Shown here piece by piece: positions 11,201 to 19,870 of a stretch of DNA of 64,000 bases. The stretch lies in NCBI RefSeq assembly GCF_009914755.1, contig NC_060943.1. One strand, 5' to 3'. Position 1 is the first letter of the stretch. Every line of letters starts with the position of its first letter. Made by a program: the position numbers and the translations under genes. The notes under the pieces were generated by a model. That model was not told the DNA's origin. It saw only the letters and a program-made list of their open reading frames with translations, and ran no database searches. The DNA is from the human T2T-CHM13v2.0 reference genome, Homo sapiens.

Positions 11201-14200
11201 GGCCCCAGCCTGACTCTGGCAGGACACGTGTAAAAGAGAAAGCACCACAAGAGGTCCAGGCACTCTGCCTTCAAGAAGGTAGGTCCTTTCTCTTTCCAGA
11301 AATCCCAGGAGTGGAGGGCGGCGGTAAAGGAATGGTTTTAATTCTCTCAACTCACCTGGGTTTCACGGTATTTCCCACAGCCCTGAGCAGTCGCCTTTCA
11401 TTCTAATCACTTGACAAAACAATCTTTAGCAAAAAGAGGGGAAAAGGCAGACGTGTGAGGCAATTTAGGGAATCGCTGCTGAGGCATCAGTTATTGACTA
11501 TCTGGCTCCTGTTTATGAGCGCGCTCAAGGCAAAACTGAGAACAAAATGACAACATCAACAGCTCACAATCAAGTGTGGCCCTGGAGAGCACTGAAGCCC
11601 TAACTGACAGCTGTCAAGATAATGGGGGCACCGCAGCTGATTCTGGAAGGTTCTCTTCCCCACGTGGACATCCAAGGGAATAGCCTTGCCTCCCACCTCC
11701 TTTGTTTTTCTCCTTCGTCTTCTTGGCTTTCCTTTTTAGAATTTGCATTGTTGCTCTCATTTCGTAGGAAATGGGGGAAGAAAAAAATCATAGAACGGTC
11801 AAAACCAGTCGCTCTGCCACCTTGCTACAGAGTAGAATACCTGTCCAAGGAGAAATACGTGGCAGGTATGAGACGAAAAAAATTCCCAAAGCTAAGGCCG
11901 AAATGCCCTTCTGAATGCTCCATGTGCTTCCAAGAGAGAACGGAAAAGCTCCTTCCCGGAGCTGCCCGATGTGTGGACCAGACTTAGGAAGGTGTCATCT
12001 GGACACCACCAGGTGGGCCACCTCTTAGGCATGCCCATGTCTACTGGCAACATGGAACCCCCTCTGGCTGTTCCAGGGGGATCCACAGTGTTCTGTGGCA
12101 CCAGCAGACCCTAGGGGGTCCAAGTCACTTTCACAAAAGTCAAGATGCTTGAAGATTTACCCTTGCCTTGTTTTTACCACCTAAGAACTCCACGGAACAT
12201 TACCCCCTTTCAAAGAATATAGCTTGCTGGCAAATTGTGGTTCGATGGTTTCTTTTTGTTTTTTGTTTGGTTTTTTTTTTTCTTTTGGAAGCATAAGAAA
12301 TGGTCTTTTATGATTTCACATTTGCCTCCAGAAAATTAATATAAGTAAAATATCTGCTATTAAGTATTACACTAAAATTTTTCTGGCATTTTCAGAAATG
12401 TTTTTTAAAAACCACTCTGAACAGGAGAAAATCATGCTTTAAGCAGGGGATAATGGTCATTTTGCCTGAAGGACACTGTCCTTCCCTAACCCCACTCCTC
12501 TGAGCTTCTAAAAGCAGCAACATCTGTCCAGCACAAATGCACACCCCCTGGAAATTACAGGTCTCAAGGAAGCAAACTCCCGCCCAGGTTTCTCTTTGGC
12601 AGGTAAAGAAACCTCTCTTTCTCTTTGAGAAAAGACCCTAAGCCATACATAGTTTCTATCAAAACATCAAAAAATCCTAAAGTACAGAAATATGTATTTT
12701 CAGGGATTCTTGGAGCCTGCTTCGGCCTTCGGGAAAGCAATGATACATTGGCCTAGATATGAAGACCGTGTGTACCTGTGTGCCACGTCTGCTCGCCCTA
12801 CCCAGCTCTTGGCCTTTTGTGGTTGTTATTCTACCCTAGACCATTAAAAGGGCCCTAATTCCTATGACATGATTATCCAGGTACCAAAGCCCATTTGTCA
12901 CCTGCAGCAGAAAATTGAGTTAATGCACAACTAAAGGCAGCCAGGACTGTGTAATATCAACTTGATTACATCAAACTAGCTGCAAACCTAATTCTGCTGG
13001 ATGACACTGCGTCGAGCTTGTCATCTCCAATCATTAAAGCTGTCAGGAATCCATCAGGTTTACAGCTAATTAGGTGAACACTAATGAAGCTGGCAAAACA
13101 ACTTTTCTTTTTTTATGGCTGAGCGGACCTTTCAGTTTGGAGGGGAAAAAAATTCTCGAGTATTCTCAAGGTTGCTGGGGACTGGATTTCCAGTTACCAA
13201 TCAGCAGACATCTTTCTTTTCCCCACTCTCTCTCTCTATCAGTACAAAGCAATCAATTTGTCATCACTCCCAGTATGCCACAAAAGCTGGCATGAACCTT
13301 ATAACTTGCAGCTGGGAAAACTAAAAAAGAGGAGAAAAAAATGGGAAGTTTCTGGTCCATCCAAACAAACAAACCACCCCAAAAAAAAAAACCTCTGTGC
13401 ATACTTATCACCAGCCTAAATGTGGAGTTTTTTTTTTTTCTCTCCACTCTTCTTAAATAAGTAGCTCTTCAGTCCGCCTCCACCCCCTCCTCCACATGTC
13501 CATTAGGCAGAGGCATTCTGATAAAGTAAATCCAAAACCCGAGTATGGGAAAGAAATAAAGCACTCATGCTGCCAGCTTCTGATTGACCATTAAGCTATT
13601 GATGAATGTGCCTGTCAGGAGAGAGACAATTAAATCAAATATGAAACAAAGTCGTTTTGACGGGTCATTTTGATAGAGCAAAACCATTCTTCCATCTCCT
13701 ATTAGTCCTGCAGTCAAGTTTTTTATATAATGAATTTTTCTTAACTGACCTGAGATTTCCTGGCTGGCTTTCTTTAAAAAAAAAAAAAAGTGTGAAAAGG
13801 TTAGTGAACAGGTTGCTCTAAAAATAAATAAATAAATAAATAAATAAAGCCAACAGCAGGTTCCCTCCTCCTCTGATATTTTTCTGGAGGAAGCTATCAA
13901 ATACGAGTCTCAGATTGGCAGGGTGCAACCGAAGAGATGAACTAGAGAGAGAGTTCTGAACCAAATGTAAAGATGTAATCACATATGGTTCATTGGATGG
14001 AGGCACACACATACCTTAAAATGTGTATCCAAAAAGGAAAGAAAAAAAAAATTTCAAAGACTGGAAGAAGCCCAAGACATTCCTACTACTCAACTTTGTG
14101 AAGGATTCCTCCAAAGTTTCAGAGTTTATTTTGGGTAGATAAGCTCATTGCTTGAGCCTGGAATTTAAAGTAGAAGGTGGGACGGGCAAGAAGCAAGCTC

Positions 14201-14689
14201 CAGGAGGTTAACTAGGGAGGCGGCAAGCTCCCTACAATCACTCCTGGAATTTTCAAACTTTCTAAATTTGGGCAACACCGAGGACAGAGAGCAAAACCTG
14301 CATCCTAAGCCCCAAACCAACCCTGTTTTCTTCTGAGATTTTCTGAAGACACTGGCAGGCAAGTACATTTCTGGGAGAAGAGAGAATTATCATTCCTTCT
14401 CTGTGACCCCGTGTAAGGGGTCTGGAGTGCAGAGTGCAGCCAACGTGTGAGGTCCCCTGGCAGTGCCGGCTGGCATGATGGAAATTATGGGCACTCAGGG
14501 CACCATGGCTACAACGCCTTCCTCCAAGATGGGCACCAGCCAATGCCCTGACCCTACTCTCTGCCCTTCCCTCTTAACATCAAAAGAGAAGTAAAAGAAA
14601 GGAAGAGAAAAGAAAAGAAAGGAAGCCCCACTTAACCCTCCCCTTCAGGGAGCATCTGAACCTCTGCACATCTGAGTGTTACTCATATC

Positions 14690-14880
14690 AAAATACATCA
14701 CGTCCATATGTGGTCCTCTCGGCAATCCGCCCCAAATCCCAAAGTTGCACTGACAGGGCCCTCCTGACGTCACAGAGCTTGGCCTCACTATTGCAAGTGA
14801 TTTATTGATGTTTATTGGGAATGAATAGATCAAAGGCAGCAGCATGACGGGCGATCAATCAGTCATCAAATCAAGGATGG
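14690..14880. promoter_or_regulatory. Proximal intron-1 motif cluster (CRE, TCF, PBX-HOX, MEIS)
   Basis: TGACAG at 14751; TGACGTCA at 14765; TGATTTAT at 14798; AGATCAAAGG at 14827; ATCAATCA at 14854. Confidence 0.55.
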
Positions 14881-15762
14881 CAACGGGCCAGAAACCCTTC
14901 TTCCAGGCAACATGCCCCCAACCGACATTATTGCAAAATAATGTTATGTGTGTGGTTTTTGTTTTGTTTTCAATGATGCGTTTTCCAGAAAAGAAAAGAA
15001 AAAAATCGGCTCAGTCTTAACAGGAGTTGACACTCCCGGTTAAAGAAGAAGAAAAAAAAAAAAAAAGGAGGAACAAAAAAGTACTCAGACACGTCCCAGA
15101 ACTAAGTGCTATGCGGAGATGAGGGTGGGAGCAGCAGTACAAGGAGGGGGTGGGGGCGAGGAAACACAAACAGGGGAGAAGGAAACGCCAGCATCTAACA
15201 TGGACTTGACAGTCATCTGACAATACCCAGACCCTGTGCGCTCCGGGTTCCACCGCTGTGCCCAGTTTGGGCCCAAGAAATGAGGAATCAATCGTGTTAG
15301 TACTAAGGTGGCCGAGGGGACCGGCTCGCTCACTCGTTCGCGCTCCCTGGCTCGGCGGACACCAGGCAGTCCCCCGGCGGTCGGCCGCTCGGAGGACGCG
15401 GAAGATGTCCCGGGGAACTCAGGTGACCCCGCCCGCCACCCACAGAAAGAGCCAGGCCGGGGTTGCTTCCCATTCCCTCTGCAGCCGGAGAGCTGAGGAG
15501 GTAGGGACCTGGCGCGGCTCAGCGCGCTCCGCGAGCGGCTCCCCAAATGGGTGCGAGAGGGAAGAGGGCAGAGCGCGGCGGGGCGTCCGGGGGGCGCCCG
15601 GTACCCGAGGCGGGCGCACGCACCCAAACAGGAGAGCGGCGCCCGGAGTTACTCAGTGCGGGCAGAAGAGCGGGGCGAGGAGCGGGGTCGCGCCCGCTGG
15701 AGGCGCGGGGCGAGCGGAGGAAGAGGAGGAGGAGAGCAGAAGGAAGGGGAAGCGGCTCGTAC

Positions 15763-15802
15763 CTGCTGCGCGCCGGGGCGCCTGCTGCTTCCTCCTCGGC
15801 AT
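15763..15802 (-). CDS. TSHZ3: TSHZ3 exon 1 coding portion (13 codons + 1 nt, MPRRKQQAPRRAA-); rest of the CDS is outside the window
   Basis: Reverse strand reads gaagcatcATG CCG AGG AGG AAG CAG CAG GCG CCC CGG CGC GCA GCA G|GTACGAG. MPRRKQQAP is the teashirt-family N-terminus. From memory, RRAA fits TSHZ3 (TSHZ1 has RRSA, TSHZ2 has KRAA). A at -3, a GT donor after 40 nt, and location inside a CpG island. Confidence 0.95.
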
Positions 15803-16110
15803 GATGCTTCTCCGGCGACTGCCACTGCCGCCGCCGCCGCCGCTGCCGGGCTGAGGACAGGGAGGGAGGGGCGGCGGGCCCGCGGGGGGGCGAGGCGGGC
15901 CTGCTCTCAGCCTCCCCCCCGGAGAGCGGCCGCCCGCAGGATGCTGCTGCGCCCAGGCTCTCCGCGTCCCCCCCGCGCCGCGCTCCGCCGCGAACCCCGA
16001 ACGTGCGGAGGGAAGAAGGAGGGCGGGCGAGGGAGGCTCGGGGAGGGAGGAGCACGGGGGGGAGGAGGAGGCAGAGGAGGAGGAGGTGGAGGAGGAGGAG
16101 GAGGACCGCG
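15803..16110 (-). other. TSHZ3: TSHZ3 exon 1 5' UTR / TSS zone (5' end not determinable), containing (GGC)5
   Basis: GC-rich leader upstream of the ATG, with (GCC)5 at 15827-15843 on the + strand. The exact TSS cannot be read from sequence. Confidence 0.55.
16061..16105. repeat. Imperfect (GGA)n tract in the promoter
   Basis: ggaggaggaggcagaggaggaggaggtggaggaggaggaggagga. Confidence 0.9.
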
Positions 16111-19100
16111 CTGCCGGCGGAATGGGAAGTTTGACAAATCGCTCCAGAGGCCAGAGGAGGAGGGGGCGGGGAGGAGCGGCGGCCCTGCCCCCCCCCCGCC
16201 CCGTCCCCAGACGAGGTGCGCGGGGTTCGGGGCTGGGGGGCGGGGAGAGGGCGGGCAGAGCGGTGGGAGGAGGAGCGCGGGAGCGGCCCGGACCGGTACT
16301 GCCCCGGCCCCCGCCCCTAGGCCGGGGGTCACGGCATCCGGGGGGACGCGCAGCCGCCGCCGCGGCCCGGGGCTCGGCGGTCCAGTCTTCTGCCCGTGGC
16401 GCGGCTGGAGCGGCGGCGTCGGCAACAGGCAAGCTTAAAGGAAAAGGAGATGATCGTGTCAATCGCCCGCCCGCGGGGGCGCCGCGCCCCCGCCCCCGGC
16501 CCCAGGCCCGCGTGGGACCCCCGCCCCGCCAGCGAAAGGGGTGCCGCCCCTCCGCCTCCGCCCCGTGCGCACACGCGGGGGCGCGGCGCCAGCCCCGCCG
16601 AGCCCGTCCCGGGGCGCTCGTTACCCCCCACCCCTATTCCCACCCAGCGTTCGTCCCCAGCCACCCCCCAGCTGCCCCACCCGGCTCGCACTCCTCTCCA
16701 CCCGCCGACTCCGGAGCCCCCAGCGTGGTCCCCGGGCCGGGGCTGGCGTCCCCCGGGGAAGCCAGAGCCCACGGGCAGGCCCCCTCCAGGGAGGAGGCGG
16801 GCGCGGGCCGGGGCGGGTGGGGGCAGCCCTCAGACCCCGCGCCACCCAGCTCCTCCCCCAGGACCCGCCGTAGCCACTTCCCCCAATTTTTTTTCCCCGG
16901 ACAAACTTTCCTGGGCCCGTCCCGGGGGTCGGTGTGGGAGGGGGTTCCTTCAAGTTTCCTCTCCTGACTTTGGGATGATCAGGGTCCCTCCACCCCGCCC
17001 CTCGCCCCCGGGAGCCGGGCCGCGCCCCCCATCCACGGCGCGGGCCGATCCTAGGGCGGGACGGGGGCGGGAGAAGGAAACCGGGCTCCCCTGCCCATCC
17101 CCCGCCAGGGGCTCCCCCCGAGAGCCTAGGGGGCCGCCGCGCCGTGTCCCGCGCCCGGCCTGCCGGGGCTGCTGGACTAGAGGGATTGATTATTGATTGG
17201 TGATCGGGGTCGCTGAGGCTCCGGGCCGGCCCGGCCGGCTGGCCGCGGCAAGAAGGAGCTGGCTGGGCGGCGTGGGCGGCGGGGCGACGCGGGCTCACTT
17301 ACGGGCGGCGGTGAGGGCGCGGGTGGGCCGGAGCTCATGCGGGCGACCCCCGGGCGGCGGCGGCTGAGCGGGAGCCGGAGCCCGAGCGGCGCGGGCGGCG
17401 GCGCATCGATGCGCTGCGGGCTCGATTGCGTCTCCCTGGGCCAGCTCTCAGGCCGGGAATGGGGCGGCCGCGCCGGGGCCGGCTCCGGGCGCTGCCGGGC
17501 GGCGGCTGCTGGAGCGCGGGGGCGGCCTCCGGGCCCACTATCCCCGAGGCGGCCCTGCGCCCGGGCGCGCCGGCTGGGGCTCTGGCGCTCTCGCAGGCCC
17601 CGAGGCCGACAGTCCCGGCGAGGGCGGGCGCCCCGCGCTCCAGCACCGGCTGCCTGAGCGCTCCTGGAGCAGCAAACCACAGACTTCTTCCTCCTTCTCT
17701 CCTTCCTTCCTTCCCCCTCCCCTTATCTTTTTCTTTTTTTAGTCTCTTTCTCCCTCTTTTTCTGCCCTGTGTCCTTTTTATTTTTTCTCTACGACTGTTT
17801 TTGCAAGTTTGTTTCAAAAGTTCACAGCATGCTTTCTTTTCTTTTAGACCGGGAGACAGTGATCTCACCCACACGGTAAGATCAAAAGTCTCCGCTCGCC
17901 CAGCCTGCGGGCTTGGGCTGGGTCCAGACGTCTCCCAGGATGCAGATGCGCCGCCGCTGGCCTCCCCGGCTATAAAGCCGCCTCCAGCGCCTTTCCGCGC
18001 GCAGGAGCGCTCGGAGTTGTGGGGTACGGACCCCAGGCGGGGCAGGGAGTCCGAGGCGGGCTGCGGCGGGGCTCTCGGGCTGGCGGACTCGGGGGCTGAG
18101 GCGCCGTGCGCGTTGGGTGCCCGCGGCCGCAGAGGCCAGAACCGCTACTCCTCCAGGCCGGGGAGACGCGGCCGTGGAGCGTGAAACGCTTCTTGCAAGC
18201 GAGGAAACGGTGAGTTGGCCGACACCGCCGGCGGCCTCACCATTCTGGTGGCCGCGCTGAGCTCCTGTCGCCTGGAGGCGGGTTGCGCCGCACGGGGTCA
18301 GCTCCCGCCGGCTCCCAGCTCACCTTCGAAGCTCCCACTTAGGCGCGCCCGGTGCGGCGTGTGCACAGCGCGGGGCGCCGCACACGGAAGCGTGTAGTTC
18401 TCCCTGGTCGCGCTTTTCTCCTCCTTTCCATCCCCTCGCTGTTCTTGCAAACCTCTGTTCCTTCGGCCCCCTCCCACTGCGGGCCGCGGCCTGAACTCGG
18501 GTCTCCGCGTAGCCGGCCGCCGCCGCTGGGTCGCTGCCTGGCCCTCCCCCGCTCAGGCGCCGAGCGCTGTGCGATCCGCCCTAACATCTGTCCGTCCAAC
18601 CATTGGCGCATCCATCAGTGTCAATGGGCTGCACATTGCAGCGACAGCCCGCCACGCACAACACGGGCTATGCGGAGTGCACGCAGCAACCATACTGCCA
18701 TGTCGGGACACGCAAAAAGGCCCCCGGCCTGGCTTGGCACAGCCTGAAGGCCTAATCTGTGTTCTTTCAGCCACATGTACCCACCCCCACTTAATATCTG
18801 GACCCCCAAACATGAATAGTTTTGCAGACCATTGTAGGGATGGAATTGAAGGAAGAGGGGCAGTGTCGCCCGAGTCATTATTTTCCACCAGGTTTTCTCT
18901 GCCCTTGTGTGGGCTGGGTGTGGCTAGGAGAGAAGGAAGGGAGACTTCCCAAATCCGCACCAAGCACACTGCAGAACCGGAAGCTACCTGGATGCAAGGG
19001 CTTAAACCCCCTTCACCTGGGCCTAGGATGTGTTGTCGAGGTCGCTGGCCAGGTTTTAGCCAGGAGGTCTCGCGCTAAAACTTTTTGGCCCCGCCTGGCT

Positions 19101-19549
19101 GCTGTGTGTGACATGGCCTGATGGAGAGGAGCTGGAGAGCGGAGGAAAACGTGGATCCCAGTGAGAACTAAGGGCCAGATTTAGGGAGAAATAGTGTCTG
19201 GATGGCAGTAAGTCTGTAATTCACATTTTGTTTACAAAGGGAGAAAGGGCAGGGCTGTAGGTTTGAGAAGCCAGAGGTTTGCGCGGAGTTCCGTGTGCCC
19301 ATTCCCCGAGAGTGCCGCTCTTGGCTGTAGTTGTTTGTTCTACCTGATTTTGCCTCTTGCCTTCAACTCCCCCATAACCCCTCCCCAAATGTCCAGAGGG
19401 CAAACATATGCGCATACCTCCCTGATCAATCCAGCCAGACCAAAGGGCCTTCCCTGTCCTCCCCCTAAGAACTTAATGGGAAGAGTGTACGGGGGACCTA
19501 CTCTTGGGACATCTGCAGGGCGGCTGTACCAGGCGTTTTACCTGACTTT

Positions 19550-19870
19550 ATTCTTACCGCAAAGATTTCCGTCTCGGTACCTGGTGCCCCCTCAGAGTCC
19601 ACTACACAAACGGGTAAAATCCCGCGCGGCTATTCTTTTCGCCATTCGCGAGTAAGAAGGGGAAAAGGAGCCGCTTCTAGGAGAGCACTGAGGTATGCTC
19701 GGTTCGGTTCCCGAGGAGGCCAGAAGCGGCCGCGGCGGCGCGGGCTGGAGCTCCCTCCTGCAGGGAGACACCGCGCTCTAGGGTGCGGGCTTCGCCGCCC
19801 ACATCCAGTGGTCGAACTGTTTTCACGCTAGACTAGAGGGCGGAAAAGTCTGCGCCCGCGGAGAAACTAG
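19550..19870. promoter_or_regulatory. Small satellite CpG-rich patch
   Basis: CpG-dense, e.g. cccgcgcggc and gcggccgcggcggcgcggg. Confidence 0.55.

Larger units (their letters stand above)
1..15762 (-). other. TSHZ3: TSHZ3 intron 1 (5' part)
   Basis: Begins at the donor CAG|GTACGA (GT at 15762-15761). No continuation of the TSHZ reading frame (AYVSEE...) appears in the ORF track. Confidence 0.9.
15230..18720. promoter_or_regulatory. Large CpG island: TSHZ3 promoter, probably bidirectional
   Basis: About 3.5 kb of very high GC and undepleted CpG, with many GGGCGG boxes, spanning exon 1. Confidence 0.95.

Noticed and set aside
12007-12020. CCACCAGGTGGGCC as a CTCF site
   Set aside because: Mismatch at the highly constrained GGC position; much weaker than the 23834 site.
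15763-15802. Assignment to TSHZ1 or TSHZ2
   Set aside because: The recalled N-termini differ (RRSA and KRAA respectively); RRAA fits TSHZ3.
15109-19121. Many long (150-295 aa) overlapping ORFs in the CpG island
   Set aside because: They are Arg/Gly/Pro/Ala low-complexity products in all six frames, mostly with non-ATG starts, as expected from stop-codon scarcity at high GC. Only the 40-nt TSHZ3 segment is recognisable.
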